A DNA stretch of 64,000 bases from Octopus sinensis (GCF_006345805.1 NC_043020.1:5146001-5210000), one strand, 5' to 3'. Positions 1 through 12,450 are shown, counted from the stretch's first letter. The notes: generated by a model from the sequence alone, not told the origin. Numbers and translations: made by a program.

Positions 1-300
1 CTCTCTCTTTGCTCCTTCACTTACTTTATTACTCTTCTCCATCTTCTCATGAGATTTTCTACAGCCTTTCGTCATCTTTTATTAACCTCTTACTCTTTCG
101 TCCCCCCCTCTCTCTTCCACCTCTCTTTCCATCTTTTACCTTTCTCTCCTCCCCCACCAACTCATCCTTCTGTATCTCCCTCTCTTTCTAACTCTCTTAT
201 TTCTCTCTCCCTCTTTTATTCTCCTCTTTCACCTCACCGTTCACTTTCAGCATTTCTCTTCATACTTTCGTCTCTCCCACTCCCGCTCCTACCCCCTTGC

Positions 301-620
301 TACGGCTTCTGCAACTGTCAGATCCCGTGATTTCACCCTGCTATGGGTTCCTCAGTGACAGTTGTCCAGCAGCGCGTTAACAGTCTCTCTCAATATTCTC
401 TGTCGAAGATCATAGGCTCGAAACGTCAAAGACATTTCCATTCTTCCCAAGCGTCAAACAAATAATCCTTGCTTCTCGTTCCCTCACCTGTCTTCGTCTT
501 TCTGTAGAAGAGCGTAGGCTCGAAACGTAAAAGACTTTTTCTATTCCTGAGCGTTATACTAATACATCTGTTTGTTTTGTACACCACTGTCTTCGTCTTG
601 TTTTTTTCGTAAACTCTCCC
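301..620 (+). mobile_element. Penelope-like element terminal repeat (pLTR) with two tandem minimal hammerhead-like motifs
   Basis: CT-rich leader, two CTGYMGA-A-stemII-GAAACGT-H motifs (396-433, 496-535), ends at (TA)n; related decayed copies at about 48930-49110 (+) and 50610-50735 (-). Confidence 0.7.
496..535 (+). ncRNA. Minimal type-I hammerhead-like ribozyme motif (A6U variant)
   Basis: GTCTTT|CTGTAGA|A|GAGC-gtag-GCTC|GAA|ACGT|A|AAAGAC: 6-bp stem I, 4-bp stem II, palindromic ACGT stem III, GUA triplet. Confidence 0.65.
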
Positions 621-624
621 TATA

Positions 625-668
<44 letters not shown>

Positions 669-685
669 TATATATATATATATAT

Positions 686-859
686 ATAACAGGAAAGTAA
701 ACACATAATGTGAACAAGGTGGAAAAAAAAGAGTACTCAAATACCAGTGGTAGAGTAATATGCTTTATTTAAAGCAGCAGAAAATCTACAAAACCTGTTA
801 CTCTGAATTTCACGTTAGAGTAACAGGTTTTGTAGAATTTTCTGCTGCTTTAAATAAAG
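686..859 (-). mobile_element. Truncated Penelope-like end with inverted duplication (palindrome 763-859)
   Basis: About 42-bp arms (one indel) around a 12-nt loop; minus strand reads GAAATTCAGAGTA-ACAGG, the 3' half of a hammerhead; both ends abut (TA)n. Confidence 0.55.
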
Positions 860-881
860 TATATATATATATATATATATA

Positions 882-1263
882 CAAGGTGATTCACAAGTCG
901 CCATATATAGGAATGATTTATCTTTTTATAAGAAAGTTTATAAGAACAGTTTTTTTATTATTATTTAACAGGCTCTATATGGTTACCATTGTTTTGAATA
1001 CACATTGCAATACGTTTACCCCGCTCATTGTGAACTTGTAATTGCACATCTGGTGGTAAGTGCCCCAATGAGTTGGTGATGCATTTCTTTAAATGATTTA
1101 TGTCTTTTATCTTGCTGCGATACACCATGCCTTTCAAATGCCCCCAAAGATAGAAATCAAGAGGGGTCAGATCAGGGGATCTAGGGGATGTAGGGGATCT
1201 TATAAACTGTTTCTTATAAAAAAAAAAATTTCTCTTATGTATGGAAACTTTTGAATCACCCTG
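882..1263 (-). mobile_element. Internally deleted Tc1/mariner element
   Basis: TA-CA(A/G)GGTGATTCA(C/A)AAG TIRs in (TA)n; minus strand encodes PRSPDLTPLDFYL then (frameshift) HLKGMVYRSKIKDINHLKKCITN...CIQNNGNHIE, a transposase C-terminus. Confidence 0.85.
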
Positions 1264-1271
1264 TATATATA

Positions 1272-1309
<38 letters not shown>

Positions 1310-1324
1310 TAAGTACGCAACTGG

Positions 1325-1908
1325 TACTTAATTTAAAGGCAAAGTCGACATCGGCGAAATTTGGAACTCAGAACGTAATGACAGATGAAATACCTATTTC
1401 TCTACTACTCACAAGGGGCTAAACACAGAGGGGACAAACAAGGACAGACAAACGGATTAAGTCCATTATATCGACCCCAGTGCGTAACTGGTACTTAATT
1501 TTATCGACCCCCTAAAGGATGAAAGGCAAAGTCGACCTCGGTGGAATTTGAACTCAGAACGTAACGGCAGACGAAATACGGCTACGCATTCGCCCGGCGT
1601 GCTAACGTTTCTGCCAGCTCGCCGCCTAATCGGTCGGACACATTAATATAATTTTACTCAAATACTTTAACAGAGCAAGAAAGCTGGCAGAAACGTTAGC
1701 GCGCCGGGCAAAATGCTTAGCAGTATTTCATCTGCCGCTACGTTCTGAGTTCAAATTCCGCCAAGGTCGACTTTGCCTTTCATCCTTTCGGGGTCGATAA
1801 ATTAAGTACCAGTTGCCTACTGGAGTCGATTTAATCGACTTAATCCCTTTGTCTGTCCTTGTTTGTCTCCTCTATGTTTAGCCCCTTGTGGGCAATAATA
1901 AAGAAATA
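1325..1908. mobile_element. Divergent inverted pair of tRNA-derived SINE family 2 copies (minus 1325-1630, plus about 1670-1908)
   Basis: Head GGCGAGCTGGCAGAAACGTTAGC, B-box-like GAGTTCAAATTCC, core GCCTTTCATCCTTTCGGGGTCGATAAATTAAGTACCAG, tail CCCCTTGTGGGTAATAAAGAAATA; many further copies in the window. Confidence 0.85.
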
Positions 1909-1964
1909 AGGAAGCTCATGGCTAAGTATGGTCATAGATATTGTCAAGACATTAGTAGTAAAAT

Positions 1965-2031
<67 letters not shown>

Positions 2032-2763
2032 GCCGAGATTAATCGGTAAACATTATTATGAAATGATGTGGTCAGCAGATGCAACGATAAAAATTTGTTG
2101 TTATGACAGCATATTGTAGGATATATGAGAGATAGACAATGCATGAAGTTTTAAGGAAATATTTATTTACCATTACGTTACAGTATTTTGCATCGACGGA
2201 CAGATTTATTGATAAATCCAAAGGCATGCGAAGTAAAGTTTGTGTTTGAGTTCTCTTCATTGTTTAGTAGTAATTGCGGAGACAGACAGAATGATGTTGT
2301 AAGAGAACAGAATTAGAGCTAGTGAGAATTGTAGGGTGTGGGACGTTGCTGACAGTAAACTTCATTTCTCCCTCTGACCAATGTTCTAGCTGGTCAGCCA
2401 GACTTCGTTGAGTCGTCACCGACTGTGACGAACTGATTTTTGCTTGGAATGTGTTGGCTTATATAACTATCCAGAAGGATAGATATATCATTGAGAACAA
2501 TAGATTTAGTTGGTGGTCTTGTTATCTCTATTCTAGCTTTTAGTGAAGTAGAAGAGGTTAGAAAGGATCAAGTGGGGAAGACATTATTACTTCGGCCTAG
2601 CTAAAGGCATCTGGAAAATGTAAAACTGCTGTCAGAGAAAAACCATTGTTCCACAGTGGGAAAAGTTCTGTTGCAGTGTTAGTTTAAATTTGGCTATGGT
2701 GGATCGAATCCACTTCATGCATGCAAGATCCACTATATATATATATGTATGTATGCGATATTT

Positions 2764-3180
2764 ATGAGGCGCAGACGAGGCTTTGTAGTAAGAAGCTTGC
2801 TAACCAACCACATGGTTCCCGGTTCGGTCCCACTGCGGGTCACCTTGGGCCAGTGTCTTCTACTATAGCCTCGGGCCGACCAAAGCCTTGTGAGTGGATT
2901 TTGTAGACGGAGACTGAAAGAAGCCCGTCATATATAAATATATATATATATGTATGTATGTATGTATGTATTTGTGTGTCTGTTTGTCTGTCCACCATTG
3001 CCTGACAACCGATGCTGGCGTGTTTATGTCCCTGTAACCTAGCGGTTCGACAAAAGAGACCGATAGAATAAGTACTAGACTTACAAAGTATAAGTTCTAG
3101 GATCGATTTCTCGACTAAAGGCGGTGCTCCAGCATGGCCGCAGTCAAATGACTGAAACAAGTAAAAGAATACAAAAGTAC
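2764..3180 (+). mobile_element. tRNA-derived SINE family 1 copy, followed tail-to-tail by an inverted copy (3200-3348)
   Basis: A-box-like head, GGTTCGGTCCC B box, central (TA/TG)n, tail GCTCCAGCATGGCCGCAGTCAAATGACTGAAACAAGTAAAAGA. Confidence 0.85.
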
Positions 3181-3348
3181 ATATATATATTCTTTTATTT
3201 TTTTAAAGTTTCATTTGACTGCGGCCATGCTGGAGCACTGCCTTTAAGAGTTATAATCGAACAAATCGATCCCAGGACTTATTCTTTGTAAGCCTAGTAC
3301 TCATTCTATCGGTATCTTTTGCCGAAACGCTAAGTTACAAGGACATAA

Positions 3349-3787
3349 GGATCTTTTCGGTTTGACCGGAAGTTTTTTCTGGCGGTGTCATATGAAATTG
3401 TCACCCATAATTATGACCCTAGTATCGATCTATTGCATTTCAATCTGTTTTAGGGTTAGGGTTAGAGTTAGGGTTAGTTAGGGTTAGGGATGGGGGGAAG
3501 AGTATCTTTTTTTCTTCACAAATGTAAATAAACCCAATCTGTTTCTTAAACGAGGGACATATTCATACGGCCACAGAATGTTTTTTTTTACCTCAACAGG
3601 ACGTCTGATTGGTTGAAATTGCAGAATTGAAGAAAAAAACAACAAATATCTTACAAACTATAGATTTTTCTCAATAAAGCAAGAGAAACAGATGTTTTAT
3701 AAACAATTCTACCAGTATACGAAGTTTAAAAGTGTTTAGTTACGTGGAAATTATTTTTAAAAACTGCCGGTCAAACCGAAAAGATCC
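3349..3787. mobile_element. Non-autonomous DNA transposon (MITE), GG..CC termini, 8-bp TSD, Merlin-like; contains TTAGGG repeats
   Basis: 28-bp TIR GGATCTTTTCGGTTTGACCGG(A/C)AGTTTT (1 mismatch); TSD GGACATAA at 3341-3348 and 3788-3795; interrupts a SINE1 copy. Superfamily inferred from termini and TSD length. Confidence 0.85.
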
Positions 3788-4104
3788 GGACATAACGGCC
3801 TGTGGACAAACACAGACACCCACACAAATACATTCTTAAAATCCTTAAATCCTTAAAAATGTTTTAGCCCGAAGGCCGCGGCCATGCTGGGGCACCACCA
3901 ACATACATACATTACACACACACACATTTATACAACGGGCTTCTTCCAGATTCCGTGTATTGTATTAAATCCACTCACATGGCTTTGTTTGGCCCGAGAC
4001 AATAGCAGAAAAGGCACTTAGTCTCAAAGTTCCAAGAAGTGGGACCGAACCCGGAACCATGTGGTCGGGTAGCCGGCGTCTTTACCACACAGCCACGCCA
4101 GCGC

Positions 4105-4307
<203 letters not shown>

Positions 4308-4529
4308 GTCTGAAATTACACCTCACCCTCCTCTCTCTCTTCCACACACACACACAGACACACACACACACACACATACAAACACACGCACACACACGAA
4401 CACACACACACATACGCACGTACACACATACACTCACACTTTCTTTCTCTTTTTCTCTTCTATTTAACGTGTCATATATCAAACAGTGGAGGGAGGGAGG
4501 GAGGGGGGGAAGAGATAGACAGCGGTAAC

Positions 4530-4958
4530 CCCTCCCCTCCACCACCACCACCATCACCACCACTCCACTAACTACACCCTCCCCCCTTTTACCACCACCA
4601 CTACTACTACTACTACTTACTGCTGTTATTGATACTAACACTGACATATCAACAGTAGCATCGTCGCCGCCACCACACTCTTGCCTGTTACTTATTGGCA
4701 TCAGCACCCCCCCGCTCTCTCCCTTCCCCTGCCGTCACCACCTTCGCCAACACCATCACCATCATCACCGACCGCATCACCACTGTCATCACCACCACCG
4801 CCACAGCCACCACCACCACCACCACCACCACCACCACCACCATTTCCGTCATCACCGCCGCCGCCACCATCATCGTCGACACCGCCGCCATCATCACTGC
4901 TACACTTGTACTGTTCGCTATCACGCTTCCCTTCCTACTTCGAGTCCCCCACCGCTAT

Positions 4959-5013
<55 letters not shown>

Positions 5014-6420
5014 GTATAACCCGTCACTATCACCACCACCACCACCACCGCCATCACGATTGATACCCTCACCACCACCACCACCACCATCACCACTGTC
5101 ACGATTTTTGTCTCCGCCATCATCGCCGATAGATATGCACGCTTCCCTATCAAACTCTCCCCCCCTTTCATCACCCTCCCCACCACTGCATATTCCCCTA
5201 CGCCGCCACCACGATTGTATAATAAAGCAATCTTTGCCTCCGCCGCCACCGCTATCACCGCTGACCACCACCACCACCAGCACCACCTCAACTACAAGCA
5301 TCACCGCCGCCACCACCAACAAACAACACCAGCATCATCATTGCCGCCACAACTATCCCCGCCACCATCACCACCACCGCCACCACCCACCAACATCATC
5401 ACTGTCGCCACTACCGCCATCTCCGCCATCCTCCGCCACCACCACCACCACCACCCGCCATCACCACTGTCGCTTCCCCACCGCCGCAGTCCAAGAGCAC
5501 AGATTAGTAGACGCCGGTCACTACTCCATCGACTCCGCTCCACCACCACCACCACCACTACCACCACCACAATCACCACCACTACCACCGCCTTCATCTT
5601 CACCACCACCACCAAGACTGTAACACTGTAGCTCTCTCTCTCTCTCTCTTTTCCCCCTCTCACTATACACTATATATATCGACACCACCGCTACCTTCAC
5701 CGCCAAGACTTAAAACACCACCACTACTGTAAGTCTCACCTTCCCTCTCCCACACGGCGGTACCTATCTCCGCCACCATCACCACCACCACTATATGAAA
5801 AATACCGGTCACCACCGCCACCTCTACCTTAGAATAGTTACCTTCGCCCCCGCCACCACAATCAGCATCATAACCATCACTAAAAACAACACTACTGTAA
5901 CTCTTGTTCCCTCTCCCACCACCACCACATAATACCTATCACCACTACCATCAACACCACCACCACCTCTACGACAGTTACCGCTGCCACCACTACCACC
6001 GCTACCGCATACAAGCAGACCGTTACCACCACCGCCGCCGCCACCACAACGATAGCAACCGTCACTGTAACTATCTTTTCCCTCTCCACCACACATTACC
6101 TATCGTCGTCGCCGCCGTCGCCATCACCATCTCGAATCATCACCTCTATCACCCTTTACTGCCACCGCAACCCCAGTAACTACCTCCTCCTACTACTACT
6201 ACTTACTACTACTACTACCTTTACCGTAACCACTACCACCGCTGCGGCGACCACCACCACCACCACCACTACAACAACAACTACAACAATTAAGACTTAG
6301 ACTAATCTAACTCCCACCACTAACTATCATCACAACTACAACACCAACAATTAGAGATTCACCAATATTTCGCCAGCACCACCACCACCTCTACTACCAC
6401 CGCTACTACTACTACAATTA
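4530..6420. repeat. Degenerate (CAC/ACC/TAC)n low-complexity tract
   Basis: About 1.9 kb of triplet-derived sequence including pure (TAC)n near 4961-5013. Confidence 0.9.
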
Positions 6421-8469
6421 AGATATTCAGTGTATAAGTTTTTCACAGCGAAAAGGAGTTTTACCTCTGAAGTTGGTAAGCCTAAACCTTATTTTATTTC
6501 ATATACTAACTAACTTGCTTCTCTATATAGCTCACCTTAAGTTATATATATACATACATACATATTTTATGGTACTCTGCGAATTATTAGTACTACTACA
6601 GTCATTCACGTTTAGTATAATTACAAATATTGTAATCATATATAATATATATTGGTACTATTAAAAGTAAAGGTGGGTGGGACAGATAGAAATGTTGGAA
6701 ATTAGTCGACCAGTCGAATAAAATAGCCATGCGTATATATATATATATATATACCTGCATATATACGTATATACACGCTCACAAGTCCCCGAAACTCTTA
6801 AACTTAGGACCTACATTTTAATTATCATGTGTGTGTGTGTTTGTTTTTCTATATATAGGTATGTAGGTATGTATATAGGTGTATATTTATGTGTGTATAT
6901 TTGCGTGTATTGTGAAAGGTTTGCAGATTATGTCCGAGAAAGTTAAGGACTAGAGAAAGAAAAACGAATTTAATACCGAATTTAATACACACACACACGC
7001 ATTTTTATATATATAGTGTAGTAGAAGCCGCTTGTTTGTAATCAACGTTGGCAAGCGGTTATAGTTATCAGAATTATCGAGGTCCCACACGCATTCAGGT
7101 GGATATTAAGTATCCTTCCCTTTAATATTATCAGCCGGTTTAATGAAATCTGAGAGAGACCAAAAGGCCCCTCGGTGATCACAATAAGCTGTTTCGCCTA
7201 GGTCGACTTTGCCTTTCATCCTCTCGGGGTTCGATAAATAAAGTACCAGTTACGCACTGGGGGGGGGGGTCGATGTAATCGACTTAATCCCTTTGTCTGT
7301 TCTTGTTTGTCCCCTCTGTGTTTAGCCCCTTGCGGGTAGTAAAGAAATATATAATAATGGTTTTAAAATTTGGCAGAAGACCAGCATTTTCAGGTGAGGG
7401 ATTAAGTGTCCGACAGGTACTTTATTTTATCGACCCCAAAAGCATGAAAGGTAAATTGGACACCGGCGACGTTTGAACTCAAAACGTAAATACTATATAC
7501 TCTTTTACTCTCTGTTACTTGTTTCAGCCATTTGACTGCGGCCATGCTGGAGCACCACCTCTCTCTCTCTCTATATATATATATACGTTGTGAGTTCAAA
7601 TTCCGCCGAGGTCGACTTTGCCTTTCATCCTTTCGGGGTCGATAAATAAAGTACCAGTTACGCACTGGGGTCGATGTAATCGACTTAATCCATTTGTCTG
7701 TCCTTGTTTGGCCCCTTGTGGGCAATAAAGAAATATATATATATATAATATATATTTATTTATTTATTTATTACACATACTCGCACGCACCTGCGCAAGG
7801 TGAAAAGTTATGGACAAACAAATAAATAAATAAGTGTTTGTTTTTATCACTGGCACAAGTCCACCTGGGTCTCTCTCTATTCACGGGGCGAGGAGCGAAG
7901 TAAGAAAGGATTTGTAATGGTGAAATTTAGATATCTATTTTTTCCCCCCTCGTTATTTTACAGATTACTGATTACTTTTTTCGTCTGGTTTTGATAATTG
8001 AGAATTTCGACAGGTACAGAAAAAAGCTCATTGATGGTAGTAGTGGTGGTAGGGTCAGCTGGTGTTGTTTATCCCCCACCCCACCCCCGCCCCGCCGCTG
8101 CTCCTGACTATTGTTCCTGAATGAGCAAACGTATGATCAAAGACATTCCAGCCATAACCTTGTTGCCTTCTCGTTCTTCCTTCATTTCTTCTCTTATTCA
8201 TTTCTTTCCGCCTTCCTTCCTTCTCGTTCGTTTTTCTTTCATTCTATCTTGCTTTTTATTTCACCACCGTCTATCTGAGATTCCATATTCCAATGTACAC
8301 TTACTTTACTCTCTTTGCTTCAGTCATTTTCACTGCGGCCATGCTGGAGCACCGCCTTTAGTCGAGCAAATCGACCCCGGGACTTATTCTTTGTAAGCCC
8401 AGTACTTATTCTATCGGTCTCTTTTGCCGAACCAAGCAATGCTAGGGGGGACAAACACAGACACACACA

Positions 8470-8519
<50 letters not shown>

Positions 8520-8913
8520 CATGACAGGCTTCTTTCAATTTCCGTCTACCAAATCCACTCACAAGGCATTGGTCGGCCCGGGGCTATAGCAGATGCCACG
8601 CAGTGGGACTGAACCCGGAACCACACAGCCACTCCTGCGCCACTCTTTCTTATATATATATATATATATATTTTTGTAAAGACGGTGAATGAGAGAAGAG
8701 GGTTGGTATTTAAGGCCGAGATGGTGGTGTTCATGGGAAGATTTGGCTGTATTTCTAGCAAGGTCCAGCTACCGCATTTTGCCTCTCTGTCGCTCTCAAC
8801 CCGGGTCCAAATGGCTCTTGGTGCGTGTGTGGGGCGTCCATGCAAGAATTTAAAGTTTGCTTACACTTCTTCAATTCACAAAATATTTAAACAATTTTTT
8901 TAATACAATTCCT

Positions 8914-9018
8914 GGCGAAAGTAAAGAATACGTATATCCTGTGTTTATGGGTTAGGATTAAGGTTACGGTTTTTGTCACACCCGAAAACGGGTGGTGTAC
9001 GTGTTCTTTACCTCCGCC
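8914..9018. mobile_element. 105-bp MITE, GG..CC termini, 8-bp TSD, Merlin-like; degenerate GGTTAG repeats inside
   Basis: TIR GGCG(A/G)A(A/G)GTAAAGAA(T/C)ACGTA; TSD CAATTCCT / CAATTTCT (7 of 8). Confidence 0.7.
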
Positions 9019-9949
9019 CAATTTCTTATAATATTTTAGAAATATAGGATTTTTTTTTAAACATCAAATGGCTATGGGAGTCCACCCGAGTAAAAAAGGT
9101 ACATAACTAAAAAAAAAAGACTGAGAACTACTGGTCAGTCTCCAAGTTATTTTGGGTGGTGAAGTCGGCGAGCCAGCAGAATTCTTAGCACTCCGTACGA
9201 AATGCTTAGCAGCATTTCTACGTACTTCGCTTTTTCATCCTTTCGAGGTCGACGAAAATCAATACCGTCTTGGTACTGGGATCGACTGTTTCTCCCACCA
9301 ACCAGATTTCAGGCCTTGTGCCTAGAGTTGAAAGAATTTTTTTGTTTTAACGGCTATTTTACCTTTTCACTGATTATACACCTTCTCCTGTGCCACACAT
9401 ACGAACACTCTCAATCTGACCCCACCCAGAAAGGGTCGACGGAATAATAATAACGAGGTCATGCTGAGTTCCAAGAAGAAAAATCTGCATGGATTACTGC
9501 ACGGGGTTGCCTGTTTCCGGCCCACATTACAAGTCCTGTAATGAAAGTGTGTGTATAATTTCTAATTCCTAGAAGATGGTTTCAAATTTTAGTGCAAAGG
9601 CCTGTAATTTTGAGACGGTGGGGGAAGCCTATTACATCGACCCCAGTGACTGATTGGTACTTAATTTTTTCGATCCCGAAAGGACGAGAGGCGAAGTCGA
9701 CCTTGACGGCATTTGAACTCCAACCGCGATGATCCGGAAATAACTCCATTCACTGTTTTGTCCGACACACTGACGTTTCTTCCAGCAGCCTGCTTTAGTT
9801 ATGGTAATTCTTTCTGCTGTAAACTTTTCGTGGGTGAGAGAGGTCTAGTTGACCCTGCGGCATTGGTACTTTATTTCAACTACCACAGAAGGACGAAAAG
9901 CAAAGTCGGCCTCGGCGGAATATGAACTGGGAATGTAAAGACGGATGTA

Positions 9950-10797
9950 ATACCTATTTCTTTATTACCCACAAGGGGCTAAACACAGAGGGGACAAACA
10001 AGGAGAGATATAGGTATTAAGTCGATTACATCGACGCCAGTGCGTAACTGGTACTTAATTTATCGACCCCGAAAGGATGAAAGGCAAAGTCGACCTCGGC
10101 GGAATTTGAACCCACAACGTATGTAATACCGCCGAGCATTTCGTCCGGCGTGTTAACAATTCTGACAGCTCGCAGTCTTGCACCTCTCCACTTCAACCTC
10201 GATTTTATTTCACGCACCAAGAGCGATTTTATTTCATAGCACGCCGGGCGAAATGCGTAGCCGTTACGTTCTGGGTTCAAATTCCGCCGAGGTCGACTTT
10301 GCCTTTCATCCTTTCGGGGTCGATAAATTAAGTGCCAGTTACGCACTGGGGTCGATGTAATCGACTTAATACCTATGTCTGTCCTTGTTTGTCCCCACTA
10401 TGTTTAGCCCCTTGTGGGTAATAAAGAAATAGGTATTTCGTCTGCCGCTACGTTCTGAGTTCAAATTCCGCCGAGGTCAACTTTGCCTTTCATCCTTTCG
10501 GGTTCGATAAATTAAGTGCCAGTTACGCACTGGGGTCGATGTAATCGACTTAGTTCGTTTGTCTGTCCTTGTTTGTCCCCACTATGTTTAGCCCCTTGTG
10601 GATAATAAAGAATTAGGTATTTCGTCTGCCGCTATGTTCTGAGTTCAAATTTCGCCGAGGTCGACTTTGCCTTTCATCCTTTCGGGGTCGATAAATTAAG
10701 TGCCAGTTACGCACTGGGGTCGATGTAATCGACTTAGTTCGTTTGTCTGTCCTTGTTTGTCCCCTCTATGTTTAGCCCCTTGTGGGTAGTAAAGAAA
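9950..10797. mobile_element. SINE family 2 cluster: inverted copy (9950-10175) then three head-truncated tandem plus-strand units
   Basis: Units of about 181-185 bp joined by AAAGAA(A/T)TA|GGTATTTCGTCTGCCGCTA. Confidence 0.88.
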
Positions 10798-11127
10798 CAT
10801 ATTTACCTACATACTATATACAGGACGAAGTGAAAAGAAAAGTAGATATTTTAAATTGATAAATGCATGTTTTTAAATTAAAATCTGCACAGATACATTT
10901 TCGACGATATAGCTTATTACATAAATAGAATTTAGAGGGGAAAAAACCCCCCAATTTCTTTGAAGAAGTTTCTGATTTTCTCGTCTGATTTATCATCTCC
11001 AATTTCTGTAACTTAAGGATTTTCACTTTTACCCCCTCACCATTGAGACACCAACGTTATATAATCTACACTCGAATATATATTTCTGCAAAATGTCATT
11101 TAAAAATATGCAATTTATAGGGAGTTA

Positions 11128-11430
11128 TGAGGAAGCAGTGAAGGCGAATCGCTTAGTGGTTAGGGTGACTCGCGATCAGATCGTAGAGTCGTGAGTTCGA
11201 TTCACAGCGGCGCGTTGTGTCCTTGAACAAGACACTTTATTTCACGTTGCTCCAGTCCGCTCAGCTGGCAAAAACGAGTAGTACCTGTATTTAAAGGGTC
11301 CAGCCATGTCCCTGAGGAGTATGTGAAGGAATACGCGTATCTGTGGAGTGCTCAGCCACTTGCACGTTAATCTCAGGAGCAAACTGTTCCGTTGATCGGA
11401 TCAACTGGAACCCTCGTCATCGTAAGCGAC
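11128..11430 (+). mobile_element. tRNA-derived SINE, family 3
   Basis: CTTAGTGGTTAGGG A box, GAGTTCGATTC B box, GTGTCCTTGAACAAGACACT body, tail GTGGAGTGCTCAGCCACTTGCACGTTAA...CGACGGAGTG shared with the copy at 41353-41719. Confidence 0.75.
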
Positions 11431-12024
11431 GGAGTGTCAGGTTTAGGTTAATGAGGAAACAAAATCTTGGCGCTAAAGATCCGGAATTCCTTAAAAAAAA
11501 AAGTAGTATTCTTTTTCTTCAGTTTTATGAACATAGGCGTGGCTGTGTGGTAAGAAGCTTGCTTCCCAACCACATGGTTCCGGGTTCAGTTCGATACACT
11601 AACGTTTCTTCCACCTGCCTGCTTTTTAATTATGGATTCTTGGGCGAGTGTCTTCTACCGTAGACTCAGGCCAACGAAAGCTTTGTGAGGGGTTTTGGTA
11701 AGCGGAAACTAAAAGAAGCTCGTATGTATGTGTGTATACACACACACACACACACACACATACACATTTATATATATATATGTATTTATGTGTCTGTGTT
11801 TTACCGCCGCCATCTCTTGACAACCGATGCTGGTGTGTTTACGTCCCCGTAACCCAGCAGTCCGTCAAAAGAGTACCGATAGAACAAGTACCAGATTTAA
11901 ATAAAATAAATATTGGTTTCGATTTCTTCGACTAAAATCGTTTAAGGCCGGTGCTCCAGCATGGCCGCAACCAAATGACCAAGGCAAGTAAGAGAACCAA
12001 AGATTAAAAGAATAATCGCAATAT

Positions 12025-12450
12025 AGGCGCAGGAGTGGCTGTGTGATAAGTAGCTTGCTTACGAACCACATGGTTCCGGGTTCAGTCCCACTGCGTGGCA
12101 CCTTGGGCAAGTGTCTTCTGCTATAGCCCCGGGCCGACCAATGCCTTGTGAGTGGATTTGGTAGACGGAAACTGAAAGAAGCCTGTCGTATATATGTATA
12201 TATATATTCATGTATGTGTGTGTGTGTATTTGTGTGTCTGTGTTTGTCTCCCTAGCATTGCTTGACAACCGATGCTGGTGTGTTTACGTCCCCGTCACTT
12301 AGCGGTTCGGCAAAAGAGACCGATAGAATAAGTACTGGGCTTGCAAAAGAATGTCCCGGGGTCGATTTGCTCGACTAAAGGCGGTGCTCCAGCATGGCCG
12401 CAGTCAAATGACTAAAACAAGTAAAAGAGTAAAAAAAGAGTAAAAGAGTA
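12025..12450 (+). mobile_element. Full-length SINE family 1 copy
   Basis: AGGCGCAGGAGTGGCTGTGTG head to (AAAAGAGT)n tail; near-identical to 23146-23550 and 57801-58190. Confidence 0.9.

Noticed and set aside
3449-3489. TTAGGG array as a telomere or fusion scar
   Set aside because: Short and internal to a MITE with TIRs and TSD.
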